From positions 1-64,000 of the forward strand of contig CBDCXL010000001.1 of NCBI GenBank assembly GCA_965223795.1: 64,000 nt of DNA, given 5' to 3'. The stretch comes from Nitrospinales bacterium. Its GTDB lineage: Bacteria; Nitrospinota; Nitrospinia; Nitrospinales; VA-1. Position numbers and translations under genes: made by a program. The notes under the pieces were generated by a model. The model saw only the letters and a list, made by a program, of their open reading frames with translations, did not search any database and was not told the origin of the DNA. This document shows positions 22,115-31,888 of the stretch, in pieces. Each line of letters opens with the position of its first letter. Position 1 is the first letter of the stretch.

Positions 22115-24811
22115 ATGAACGATATGAATGACACTTCGGTATCGTCCGCACCGGCCTGGCACACCCTGTCCATTGAACAGACCCTGCAGCGCTTGTCGGT
22201 GACCGGCCTGGGTTTGACCGATGCGGAAGCGAAGCGGCGGTTCGCGGAACAGGGGCCCAACGAACTGGCCGCCGCGGGCCGGATTTCCGCCTGGACGGTG
22301 CTGGCGAGTCAGTTCAAAAACGTGCTGATCGTCATTCTGCTGATCGCCACGGCCCTGTCGGCATTTCTCGGACATCCCATTGAATCGATCGCCATTGCCG
22401 TCATCATCCTGTTTGCCATTGTTCTGGGATTCATGCAGGAGTTCCGCGCCGAGCGCGCCATCGAAGCGCTGAGAAAGATGACGGCCCCGGAAGCGCGGGT
22501 GTTGCGCGAGGGAAGGGAAATCCGCATTCCGGCCCGCGAAGTGGTGACCGGCGATGTCATCCTGCTGGCACTCGGCGACAAGGTGCCCGCGGATGGACGC
22601 ATCGTGGAAGCGGTGAACCTCAAGGTGGACGAATCTTCGCTCACCGGAGAATCGCTGGCGGTGGAAAAAAAGTGCGATTCCCTTGAAGGGGACACGCTGC
22701 CTGTCGGCGATCGCAGAAACCTGGTGTATTCGGGCACCGCCGTGACATACGGCCGCGGGCGCGCCTTGGTGGTTGCCACCGGAATGCGTAGCGAGTTCGG
22801 CAAAATCACCGGACTGCTGAAAACGGTGACAAAGACCAGGACGCCGCTGCAGGACAATCTGGATCGGGTCGGCAGGGTGCTGGGCGCTGCCGCACTGTTG
22901 ATCGTCGGGTTCATCGTGTTTTTCGGTGTGCTGCGCGGCTCGCCGGTTCTGGAGATGTTTCTGTTCGGCATCGCGCTCGCGGTGGCGGTGGTTCCCGAGG
23001 CCCTGCCTGCCGTGATCACCATTTCCCTGGCGATCGGCGTGCAGCGTATGGCCAGACGCAATGCCCTCATGCGCCACCTGCCCACCGTCGAGACCCTAGG
23101 CAGCACGTCTGTGATCTGCTCGGATAAAACCGGGACTTTGACCAAGGACGAGATGACGGTGCGCCGTCTCTGGCTGAGCGGCCGCCGGTTTGAGGTCACG
23201 GGTTCGGGTTACGATCCACACGGGGAGTTCAAAAACGGCAACGCTTCGGGACTGGATTATCCACCTCTGATCGAATTTCTGCGCGCCGCCGCTCTCGCTT
23301 CGGATGCCAGGCTGGTGCAGGAAGAAGGGCAGTGGAATATTCAGGGAGACCCTACGGAAGGCGCGCTTGTGGTGGCGGCCGCGAAAGCCGGCCTCAGCAA
23401 ACAGAGCCTCGATCTGGAATGGCCCCGCAAGGCCGAGATCCCCTTCACATCGGAACGCAAACGCATGTCCACCGTGCATGCGGGGCCGGACGGGATGGTG
23501 CTGTATTGCAAAGGCGCGCCGGAAGTCCTGCTCGCTTCCTGCAGCCGGCTGCGCACCCCAGAAGGGGAGCGCGATCTGCATGCCGAGGATGTCCGGGAGA
23601 TCGAGCGGGTGGCTTCGGACATGGCCGCACAGGCGTTGCGCGTCATCGCCCTGGCCTGCAAAAAGCAGCCGGGCTCGGACGACGCGGAACAGGACATGGT
23701 GTTTCTGGGGCTTGCGGGCATGATCGATCCGCCCCGTCCGGAGGCGAAAGGCGCGATCCAAACCTGTGTCGCGGCGGGCATCCGGCCGGTCATGATCACC
23801 GGCGACCACCCGGCCACCGGAAAGGCGGTGGCGCGCGAACTGGGACTTTTGCGGGAGGGGCATGTGGTCACAGGCGTCGAACTGGAGGCGCTGACCGACG
23901 CCGAATTCGATCGCCGCGTCGCGGACATCGACGTGTACGCGCGGGTATCTCCGGAGCACAAGCTGCGTGTCGTGCGGGCGCTGCAGAAGCAGGGCAACAT
24001 TGTGGCGATGACCGGTGACGGGGTCAACGACGCACCGGCGCTTAAAAAAGCGGACGTGGGCATCGCCATGGGAATCACGGGCACCGATGTCAGCAAGGAA
24101 GCGGCGGACATGACGCTGACCGACGACAATTTCGCTTCCATTGTCGGCGCGGTGGAGGAGGGGCGCGGCATCTTCGGCAACATCAAAAAATACCTGATGC
24201 TGTTGTTGTCCGCGAACATCGGCGAGATCGGTCTCATCGCCGGTTCGGTCATCGCGGGGCTGCCGCTTCCCTTGACGGCCGTGCAGATACTTTACGTCAA
24301 CCTGGCTACAGACGGTCTGCCGGCCCTGGCTCTGGCCGTGGACCCGCCGGAAAAGGATCTGATGCAGCGTGCTCCGAGAAATCCGAGAGCGGGCATCTTC
24401 ACGCGTCCCGTGGTGTTCCTCATGCTCACCGGCGGGGTGTGGTCCACGATCATCAACCTGTGTCTGTTCTCATGGGCGCTGGGATCTTTCTACGGACCCG
24501 AACGGGCGATGACACTGACTTTTTTGTGCCTGATCCTCACTGAATTGTTCCAGGCTTACGTATTTCGTTCCGACCGCTTTCCTGTCTACCAGAACCTGTT
24601 TGGCAATAAGTGGTTGAACCTGGCCGTGGTGTGGGAGGTGCTGCTGCTGCTCCTGATCGTATACGTGCCTTTTTTACAGAAGCCGTTCAATACGTTCAGT
24701 TTGACCGCTTTTGACTGGATGCTTGTGGTCTCGGTGTCGTTCACAATGGTTCTCGTTCTGGAAGCTACAAAATGGGGAGTGCGGCGGGGCTGGGTGCGTG
24801 AAGTGCATTGA
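22115..24811 (+). CDS. P-type cation-transporting ATPase, type IIA (Ca2+-like)
   Basis: LTGES, VPEALP, DKTGTLT, KGAPE, GDGVND, NLATDGLPA. Confidence 0.93.
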   Translation: MNDMNDTSVSSAPAWHTLSIEQTLQRLSVTGLGLTDAEAKRRFAEQGPNELAAAGRISAWTVLASQFKNVLIVILLIATALSAFLGHPIESIAIAVIILFAIVLGFMQEFRAERAIEALRKMTAPEARVLREGREIRIPAREVVTGDVILLALGDKVPADGRIVEAVNLKVDESSLTGESLAVEKKCDSLEGDTLPVGDRRNLVYSGTAVTYGRGRALVVATGMRSEFGKITGLLKTVTKTRTPLQDNLDRVGRVLGAAALLIVGFIVFFGVLRGSPVLEMFLFGIALAVAVVPEALPAVITISLAIGVQRMARRNALMRHLPTVETLGSTSVICSDKTGTLTKDEMTVRRLWLSGRRFEVTGSGYDPHGEFKNGNASGLDYPPLIEFLRAAALASDARLVQEEGQWNIQGDPTEGALVVAAAKAGLSKQSLDLEWPRKAEIPFTSERKRMSTVHAGPDGMVLYCKGAPEVLLASCSRLRTPEGERDLHAEDVREIERVASDMAAQALRVIALACKKQPGSDDAEQDMVFLGLAGMIDPPRPEAKGAIQTCVAAGIRPVMITGDHPATGKAVARELGLLREGHVVTGVELEALTDAEFDRRVADIDVYARVSPEHKLRVVRALQKQGNIVAMTGDGVNDAPALKKADVGIAMGITGTDVSKEAADMTLTDDNFASIVGAVEEGRGIFGNIKKYLMLLLSANIGEIGLIAGSVIAGLPLPLTAVQILYVNLATDGLPALALAVDPPEKDLMQRAPRNPRAGIFTRPVVFLMLTGGVWSTIINLCLFSWALGSFYGPERAMTLTFLCLILTELFQAYVFRSDRFPVYQNLFGNKWLNLAVVWEVLLLLLIVYVPFLQKPFNTFSLTAFDWMLVVSVSFTMVLVLEATKWGVRRGWVREVH

Positions 24812-24823
24812 AGCGACGGAAAT

Positions 24824-24854
24824 AAAAAAACCGGTTTCTCACTACCGGGTTTTT
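24824..24854. terminator. Possible bidirectional intrinsic terminator
   Basis: aaaaaaaccggt-ttctcact-accgggttttt between convergent genes. Confidence 0.5.
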
Positions 24855-24909
24855 CGATCGCCTCACTCTGTTTTGACGGGTATTGAATCTATCGGGGGCG
24901 CTGTATATA

Positions 24910-25518
24910 TCAGGGCGTGTTCCTGACCGCACGGACTCCTCCGTTGTCACAAAGTTCATGCCTTCTGATATCGATCTTTCCATTGACAAAGTACAGTGTC
25001 TTAGCGCTCTTTTTCGTCAATTCGGTGGTGCCGCAGTCATTCGACCAATACCAATAGGCTGATCCGTCGGCAAATTTTTTATCCAAAGCCAAAGGATATT
25101 CCGGATCGTGATCCCAGGCCATGACATTTTCCTGTGTCTCGTCATACAGAGAAGCCAGTTCCGCAAGACTTGGAATTCTCCAGTCGGTGTGTCCGCCGGT
25201 CTTTAAATTAGTGACATATTCCAAAGATTCCGGCCAAGTCAGGCATTTGTTCAGATCCGCAAAGCTGTCTTTTTGAGCCCACATCAATCCCTTATCCGGA
25301 TCGGTGATCGTGCCGTCGCCATTTTCGATGAGGTGCAGCTTCGATTGAGGGGCTTGCACAGGAGGAGCTGTGTACTCCGGCGCTTCATAAGCAGGCTCGG
25401 GCTGGCAGGGCATTTGCTGCGCCCGGGCGATATCTGGTTTTGCCGCAATCAGGACAAGTCCTAAGGCAACGGACGCCGCAATACTTTGACTTTTTATAGT
25501 GCGGATCATATCGGACAT
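24910..25518 (-). CDS. DUF1566 (Lcl domain) exported protein
   Basis: NGDGTITD...GLMW, GGHTDWRIPSLAEL, YWYWS, VRAVR; signal peptide. Confidence 0.88.
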   Translation of the reverse strand: MSDMIRTIKSQSIAASVALGLVLIAAKPDIARAQQMPCQPEPAYEAPEYTAPPVQAPQSKLHLIENGDGTITDPDKGLMWAQKDSFADLNKCLTWPESLEYVTNLKTGGHTDWRIPSLAELASLYDETQENVMAWDHDPEYPLALDKKFADGSAYWYWSNDCGTTELTKKSAKTLYFVNGKIDIRRHELCDNGGVRAVRNTP

Positions 25519-25604
25519 GGAACGATCAACTTTTTTTGCATTTTATATTCTTTTGACGGTCTTTCCAAGAGACTGAGGCAGCCGGAACGAAATAATACTG
25601 AGGA

Positions 25605-26831
25605 TTAAGCGTCAGGAGGCGGGCCGTTTGCCAGCCGGGGATGGTAATGAAGATAGAGAGCTTTCATGGCGAAAGGAGAAAGCAGGGTGGTGAAGGCAAT
25701 GACGATGATCATCCCGGCGTAGATTTCGTTGGTGAAGATCCCGCTTTCCCGGCCCAGTTCCGCGAACACGAGGCCCACTTCCCCGCGCGGTATCATGGCG
25801 GTGCCCACCAGCCAGCGAACGGGCCAGGGCTCGGCGATCAGAAAAGAGGCGGCGAGTTTGCCGAGGCAGGCCGTGGTCAGCACCAGAAAAGAAAAGGCCC
25901 AGATGAATTCGGAATCCCAATCGATGGTGCGAAGATCGAGGGAAAGCCCCACCATCACAAAAAAAATGGGTGTGAACAATTGTCCCAGTGGTTTCATCTG
26001 TTCTTCGATTCGCTTGGTGAAGCCGGGATCGGCGTGCAGCATGGAACCGAAAGGAAGGAAGAAACGTCTCGACAGAGCCAGGCCGGCCGCGAAACCGCCC
26101 AATAGATCCGGCGCGCCGATGAAATGGGCGAACCATGCAAAAAACAGAATCAATGACACCACCGCCGTGGGGATCATGCCGGGGATGTCGCTGACCGCGT
26201 CGAAGTGCCGGATGAGTGTGGACATCAACTTTGCGGCCACCGGAGCCAGGAGGAAAAAAGACGCCAGGAAGGTCAGCACTTTTCCGGAATGGACCAGGCT
26301 GATAGAGCCGCTGACAGAAAATTCGTACAGCATGGCGAGCAGAACGACCCCAAGAATATCATCGAGAACCGCCGCACCGAGAACGATCTGACCTTCTATC
26401 TTGTTTTGCCGCTTCAGATCCGCAAGCACCCGCACTGTGATGCCGATGCTGGTGGCAGTGAGGGTGCCGCCAATGAACAGGGACATCAAAAATGGAAGGC
26501 CGAAGACGTAATGGCTCAATATGAATCCGGACAGCAGCGGCAGCACGAAACCGGAAAGAGCGACCACAATGGATTTACCGCCGGTGCGGGCCAGCCGGTT
26601 CAAGTCGGTTCCCAGTCCCACCTCGAACAGAAGCAGCAGAATGCCAATTTCCGCCATGCGATGGATGACTTCATCGAGTTGTATCCAGCCCAACAGACTG
26701 GGGCCGAGCGCCACCCCGGCCAGCAGCTCACCGATGACAGAGGGGATTTCGAAACGTGTGGCGATTTCCGCGAATACCCGCGCGGTTAGCAGAATGACCA
26801 GCAGAGTGAGAAAAAAACTGTGGGTTTCCAT
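25605..26831 (-). CDS. Cation:proton antiporter (CPA2)
   Basis: VIGELLAG, ATSIGIT, GAAVLDD, MIPRGEVG; multiple TM segments. Confidence 0.92.
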   Translation of the reverse strand: METHSFFLTLLVILLTARVFAEIATRFEIPSVIGELLAGVALGPSLLGWIQLDEVIHRMAEIGILLLLFEVGLGTDLNRLARTGGKSIVVALSGFVLPLLSGFILSHYVFGLPFLMSLFIGGTLTATSIGITVRVLADLKRQNKIEGQIVLGAAVLDDILGVVLLAMLYEFSVSGSISLVHSGKVLTFLASFFLLAPVAAKLMSTLIRHFDAVSDIPGMIPTAVVSLILFFAWFAHFIGAPDLLGGFAAGLALSRRFFLPFGSMLHADPGFTKRIEEQMKPLGQLFTPIFFVMVGLSLDLRTIDWDSEFIWAFSFLVLTTACLGKLAASFLIAEPWPVRWLVGTAMIPRGEVGLVFAELGRESGIFTNEIYAGMIIVIAFTTLLSPFAMKALYLHYHPRLANGPPPDA

Positions 26832-26865
26832 AGAGACTGGTGTTTCTGCGGCCCTGCCAATCCTG

Positions 26866-27447
26866 TCACATCTCGACGATCAGAATGATCAGGCTGGTGA
26901 GAACGGCGATCAACACTGCCCGCAGACCGGTCCACAGCCAGTGCGAGCCGCTGAATTTTCCCAGAAACAGGCCCATGGTGAATATCGTGACGAATGCGAT
27001 TGCGAGCGACAGGGGCAAGGGAGGGAAGGGCAGCGGCACGTCGAAGCGATCCAGCCAGAAGGGGCTGATGATGATCAGGGCGATCAGCAGGGGAGAAAAT
27101 CCGTTGACCGCGGCGATCAGAACGGGCACCCATTGCGTGGCTCTGCCGTGTTCGGTTTCGGTCAGATCCGTCACCAGGGCGCTTTCCAACTCTCCCAACT
27201 CCTTTTTTCTCTCTTCGGACTCGCTGATATAAGCGCTCGCCAGCCCGCTGATGCATAGAGCGATGGCCGCGCCCATGCAGGCGTTGAGGGCCACGATGGT
27301 GTCGATGGAGCCGGAGCTGTAAAAGCCCATCAACAGTCCCAGCATCGTCAGCGCACCGTCGTAGCCGTTGGTGAAAAAATAACGGCGGGCGATGTGACCC
27401 GGCCGGGAAATCTTGAAAATCAGACGCAGCCGGGGCAGCTCGATCAT
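26866..27447 (-). CDS. VIT1/CCC1-family membrane transporter
   Basis: RRYFFTNGYDG, SG..SAYISESEER, several TM segments. Confidence 0.8.
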   Translation of the reverse strand: MIELPRLRLIFKISRPGHIARRYFFTNGYDGALTMLGLLMGFYSSGSIDTIVALNACMGAAIALCISGLASAYISESEERKKELGELESALVTDLTETEHGRATQWVPVLIAAVNGFSPLLIALIIISPFWLDRFDVPLPFPPLPLSLAIAFVTIFTMGLFLGKFSGSHWLWTGLRAVLIAVLTSLIILIVEM

Positions 27448-27450
27448 CGA

Positions 27451-27729
27451 TTATTCCGGGTTCTGCGGCGGGTTTACACCCACGACTTCCACCTCGTCGA
27501 TGCTGTGCAAGGCGCCGCCCATTTCCTTGATCGCTGCGACGATGGCGTCGAAGGGGATGTCCTCGCCTTCCAGGGTCAGTGTGATGGATTCGGTGCTTTT
27601 GTCCATCTCTTCGACTTTCAGATGCACACGGGTGCCGTTTCCATGCTCGGATATGGCTTTTGCGAAATCCAGAGGGCCGGGAGTGTGCGGTTTCAATACA
27701 TCGAGAACCAGGCGTTTGATCGTGGTCAT
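27451..27729 (-). CDS. DUF211-family protein
   Basis: IKRLVLDVLKPH and GGALHSIDEV motifs. Confidence 0.85.
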   Translation of the reverse strand: MTTIKRLVLDVLKPHTPGPLDFAKAISEHGNGTRVHLKVEEMDKSTESITLTLEGEDIPFDAIVAAIKEMGGALHSIDEVEVVGVNPPQNPE

Positions 27730-27769
27730 TCCGGTTACCGCTTTAGTTGGATTTAATGAGACTCCAATT

Positions 27770-28300
27770 TTAACGCGAAAAGTGTCGCAAATACAGGATC
27801 AACTGCCAGATCTGCTTTTCTGAAAGCTTATGGAACCCTTTCATCCGGGTTCCGTGCGATCCCTGCTGGATCACCCAGAATAGCTGACCGTCCTCCACAT
27901 CTTTCATCGTCTGGTAACAGGTGAAATCGCGCGGATAGGGTTTCATCCGCTGGAAAATCACACCGAACCCGTCGCCTTTGAAGCCGTGGCAGGTTTCGCA
28001 GGGAAGGGGACGCGCGTCTTCGTGAAACAGTTTTTTGCCCGCTTCGATGTTTTCCGGAGTGGGTGGAAGCGGGTTCTTGAATTCAAAATAGTGGGCGAAA
28101 TCCTCCGGAGGAGGATCGGTTCCCCGTGTCTGCGGGCAAAGATCTGAGGCGTGTGCGATGGCGGGAAACAAGGCCAAAGCACAAAACCAGATTGCAAGAA
28201 CCGAGTGATTGACGGCGTATCTCTTTCTGCAAAGGCCGTTCATACCCACCTCCACGGAGAATTGCCAGTAGGGAATTCCGGAAGAAGGAACACGCTTCAC
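27770..28300 (-). CDS. Monoheme periplasmic c-type cytochrome
   Basis: CETCH heme motif, KNPL, PRDFT, DGQLFWVI..G..GT.M. The start may be ATG at 28243. Confidence 0.88.
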   Translation of the reverse strand: MKRVPSSGIPYWQFSVEVGMNGLCRKRYAVNHSVLAIWFCALALFPAIAHASDLCPQTRGTDPPPEDFAHYFEFKNPLPPTPENIEAGKKLFHEDARPLPCETCHGFKGDGFGVIFQRMKPYPRDFTCYQTMKDVEDGQLFWVIQQGSHGTRMKGFHKLSEKQIWQLILYLRHFSR

Positions 28301-28698
28301 ATGTTTGCTTCGAATTCCGGTTCCAGCATGGATCGAAGGATGTCTCCGCGGGAGACGACCCCCACCAGCCTGCCGTCCTTCACCACGGGAAGCCGGATGA
28401 TGTTGAAATTCTCCATGACCGAGATCGCTTCGGTGATCGGGATATCCGGTTTGGCCGTCACCACCTCGGTCGTCATGACATCTCCGGCAGTGGAGCGGGC
28501 CAGCTCCTTGCCATCATTGAGAGCACGCAAAATGTCGATTTCCGTCACGATGCCGATCAGCTTGCCATTGTCCCCGGTTACGGGCATGCCGCTGTACTGG
28601 TTGCTGACCATCTGCAGGGCGATGTCGCGGAGAGTGGTGTTCATTTTGGCCGAAATGACGGGCCGTGTCATGATTTCACCCACATCCAGGTCTTTCAT
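28297..28698 (-). CDS. CBS-domain pair protein
   Basis: SGMPV...GKLIGIVTE.DIL and RLPVV.DG.LVGVVSRGDIL. Confidence 0.92.
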   Translation of the reverse strand: MKDLDVGEIMTRPVISAKMNTTLRDIALQMVSNQYSGMPVTGDNGKLIGIVTEIDILRALNDGKELARSTAGDVMTTEVVTAKPDIPITEAISVMENFNIIRLPVVKDGRLVGVVSRGDILRSMLEPEFEANM

Positions 28699-28831
28699 GG
28701 GATCACCTCGCCTTCTTTCTGGTTTTTTGCGATAAATGATTCAATTCAAGGCTCTACACCTCCACATATTAAGATTGTTTCCGAGGGCAAATAATTCCCT
28801 GGAATAAACCGTTTGCGGGCTACTGAGGTGT

Positions 28832-29050
28832 TGACCTGCCCCCAAAATACGGGCCCAGGTGTTGTGTTGGGATTGGGACCGGAACCTTAGTATTAGCGTG
28901 TCTGAGCAGACCTGTTACAGCTGGAGTAAAGAGTAGGCCGGTTTGAGCGTGCATCGGGCGAAGCGTTTGAAGGATCTGGAAAAGAAAATGCCCGGCTGAA
29001 TAAGATGGTGGCGGATTGATCCAAGGCGATTCTGAAACAGGTCGCTTAAG
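28832..29050 (+). mobile_element. Degraded IS3-family element (terminal repeat plus orfA fragment)
   Basis: TGACCTGCCCCC end. Fragment reads VSEQTCYSWSKE*AGLSVHRAKRLKDLEK/ENARLNKMVAD*SKAILKQVA, with stops and a frameshift. Confidence 0.75.
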
Positions 29051-29236
29051 GTGCTACGGGAGATACGGGGGTGAAGTGAAAAGAGAAATTAGGAGGAAAA
29101 CCCTGCCTCCGATTTTTCAGAAAATCAGGAGGTTGCTTCAAAACGGATAAATTCAAGAGAAACAGTTTTGGGGAAAATTGAGGATATCCTTTTTGGGATG
29201 ATCTTTTTTCGAATTCGATATTTCACTTGTATCCGA

Positions 29237-29545
29237 CTAGCGCACCGTATTAATTCCAACTTCTAAATCGTCATCTCTTTCATCATCACTTTTGGACCTC
29301 CTTACTTTTGCAAGATTTCTCATTATGTGTTCATTGCAAGTAATGCAGATCCAACCTTCTCCGGAAAAGATCCAGCATTCATCCTCCACCCATTCCTGGG
29401 CCTCTTCGTGGCTATCACAATACTCCCCGTTCTTTAGACAGTCTTTGGCCATTTGGGTCTGGCACTCAACCGAATACTGATTGTCCTTCTGGACGATAAA
29501 TTCAGGGATCTGCTTGTTATTGTCCTCTTCGCTCATAGCCGTCAT
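29237..29545 (-). CDS. Small acidic Cys-rich hypothetical protein
   Basis: 102-aa ORF with six Cys, including WICITC. Confidence 0.6.
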   Translation of the reverse strand: MTAMSEEDNNKQIPEFIVQKDNQYSVECQTQMAKDCLKNGEYCDSHEEAQEWVEDECWIFSGEGWICITCNEHIMRNLAKVRRSKSDDERDDDLEVGINTVR

Positions 29546-29687
29546 CTATATGGGTTACCGACAAGGCATTGTATATCAGGTATCGGAGGTGTCCATGGAA
29601 TATATTTCCCCGTGTTATTATGATTTTCCATTATGCTATCCAAAAAAACAAAGGGCTACGGCCGAAACCGTAACCCATTGTATATTC

Positions 29688-29764
<77 letters not shown>

Positions 29765-29770
29765 AATGCG

Positions 29771-30907
29771 TTATGCGTTTTTCTTGTAGAAGAAGTTCTT
29801 CAAATATTTCCAGATGATGATCGAGCCTAAGCTGTTGCCGATCGATTTCAGTTTGGTGCTCCCGCCCAGACATTTCTGGCAGTAGGGGTGCACGACTTTC
29901 AGTTTCATGAAGCCCTCGATCGCGTCGATGATGGGCTTTGAGTTCAGGATCTCGACGATGGGCGTCTCGAACACGTTGCCGGCCTTGGTGTTGCCGTTGT
30001 AATCCTTGCAGCAGTAGGTCATGTCGCCGTTGCACAGGATGGCGAAATGGTCCGTCAGCGCGCTGCAGTAGCCCACCCTGGTGGTCACCACGTTGTCGTC
30101 GATGAAGGCGTTGCCCCAGGTGTCGAGGATGTAGGTCTCGAAAAAGATCTGCGGCGCCACCTTGACGACGTTCCATTTGAACGTGGACAGCTTGCCGATG
30201 CGTTCTTCGGTCTCGGCGATTTCCTCAGGCGTCAGGCCGGGAGTGATCTTCTGGATCTCCTTCGCCCAGTAGCCGAACGTCTCGCGCAGCTCCTTCGTGC
30301 TGTTGATGACGCTCATGCTGCCGAGCGACCAGTCCTCGCCGGGCACCTCGGACTTGAACTTGGTGTTGAGAAAATGCACCTTGATCTTGGGCGGCGTCCG
30401 GTGCCGCATGCAGGCGCCGATGAACTCCAGGATCTTGTTCCTGTAATCGTCGAACTCCATGCGCCGCGCCTTGCGCGTCTTGTACGATTCCTCGTCCGGC
30501 GTCTGCAGCGAGATGTTGAGCTGCGACACGGTGACTTTTTCCAGCCGTGCGGCGATCTCGCTGTTCAGATAGGTGCCGTTGGTGGTGATGCCGGTCTTGA
30601 GGCCCAGCTTCGCGGCGTGGTCCAGGATGTCGAAGAACCGGGGATGCATGAACGGCTCGCCCATCACGTGGAAGGTGATCTTCTCCGCGAGGTTGTACTC
30701 GGCGATCTGGTCGATGATGCCGCAGACGCGCTCGTAGTCCATGTATTCGTACTTGCGCGTCATCTCCTGCTTGGGACAGAAGGTGCAGTCGAAATTGCAG
30801 ACGTTGGTCAGCTCGATGTGAATGCGCTGCAGCGGAAACGACACGAGTTCCCCGATGCGGCCGGGAACGGGCTTGCTTTTGAATGCGGGCTTGACGGTTG
30901 TGAGCAT
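29771..30907 (-). CDS. Radical SAM / SPASM-twitch domain protein
   Basis: CNFDCTFC, GEP, TTNG, C-terminal YC...C.G...CC...GNV...CQKC. Confidence 0.9.
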   Translation of the reverse strand: MLTTVKPAFKSKPVPGRIGELVSFPLQRIHIELTNVCNFDCTFCPKQEMTRKYEYMDYERVCGIIDQIAEYNLAEKITFHVMGEPFMHPRFFDILDHAAKLGLKTGITTNGTYLNSEIAARLEKVTVSQLNISLQTPDEESYKTRKARRMEFDDYRNKILEFIGACMRHRTPPKIKVHFLNTKFKSEVPGEDWSLGSMSVINSTKELRETFGYWAKEIQKITPGLTPEEIAETEERIGKLSTFKWNVVKVAPQIFFETYILDTWGNAFIDDNVVTTRVGYCSALTDHFAILCNGDMTYCCKDYNGNTKAGNVFETPIVEILNSKPIIDAIEGFMKLKVVHPYCQKCLGGSTKLKSIGNSLGSIIIWKYLKNFFYKKNA

Positions 30908-30926
30908 CGGTACCTTAAGAGGAGGA

Positions 30927-31109
30927 TTATTTGTCCCAGACGTAGCGGTTCACGCTCTCACTCCAGAACGACGTGTTGGTGATCTCGCGTTTGACGTCTT
31001 TGGATTTGCATTCCGGGCAGGAGATCTTCTTTTTGTCCACTTCGGAAATCTTCATCTCGATGACGAATTTCTGTTTGCACTTGTTGCAGGTATGATCGTA
31101 ATGAGGCAT
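30927..31109 (-). CDS. FmdB-family zinc-ribbon protein
   Basis: MPHYDHTCNKC...CPECKS, 60 aa; the 3' part of the 205-aa ORF. Confidence 0.85.
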   Translation of the reverse strand: MPHYDHTCNKCKQKFVIEMKISEVDKKKISCPECKSKDVKREITNTSFWSESVNRYVWDK

Positions 31110-31147
31110 GGTCTTGACTCCGTAAACATCTAAGAATACAACAGTTT

Positions 31148-31888
31148 TTATTTCATTGCAACGAAGCCGGCGAAGTTGTTCCATTTGAAGAACAGCTCGA
31201 CGGCGGAAAATCCCGCTTCTTTCAATAAATTGATGTTGTCCCCGACGCTCAGCGGCAGCAGCACTTTTTCCAGGGCGTCGCGCTTTCTGGCGATCTCCAG
31301 GTCCGAGTAGCCGCGCGCCTTCTTGAACGCGTGGTGCAGCTCGACGTAGGTGCGGTCGAAGGTTGCCTCGGGGCTTTTCACCTTCTCGATCAGGATCAGC
31401 AGCCCGCCGGGGTTGAGCCCCGCGTGGATCGTTTTCAGCGTCCGCGCCCTTCGTTGCGGCGGGATGAACTGCAGCGTGTAGTTGAGCACCGCCACGCTGG
31501 CGTTGTCGAGGCCGAAATCCGCGTTCAGGTCGGCTTCGACCCACTTGATCGGGTGCAGGGAGGCCGCGAGCCTGCGCCGCGCTTTCTCCAGCATCGGGGC
31601 CGAGCTGTCCACGCCCACCAGGCGCACGCCTAGATCAGCGGGCAGCCTGCCGGACAGCCGCAACAGCAGCGTGCCGGTGGAGCAGCCCAGATCGTAGATC
31701 TGGGTGCTCCGCTTCACGAAACGCAGGCACCAGTCGATGGCGGCGGTCTGGCATTCGTCGTACAGGGGCACGCTGCGTTCCAGCATGTCCTCGAACACCC
31801 GCGCCACCGGTTCGTTGAACTCGAAGGGCTCGGGCGCCTCGCCGCCGACATACAGCCGGTCCTTTTCATTCGGATCGGGCCGGGTCAT
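31148..31888 (-). CDS. cmoA: Carboxy-S-adenosylmethionine synthase
   Basis: F.F.E.VA.VF.DML.RSVP.Y, YDLGCSTG, NYTLQF, GYS.LEI..KR.ALE. Confidence 0.9.
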   Translation of the reverse strand: MTRPDPNEKDRLYVGGEAPEPFEFNEPVARVFEDMLERSVPLYDECQTAAIDWCLRFVKRSTQIYDLGCSTGTLLLRLSGRLPADLGVRLVGVDSSAPMLEKARRRLAASLHPIKWVEADLNADFGLDNASVAVLNYTLQFIPPQRRARTLKTIHAGLNPGGLLILIEKVKSPEATFDRTYVELHHAFKKARGYSDLEIARKRDALEKVLLPLSVGDNINLLKEAGFSAVELFFKWNNFAGFVAMK

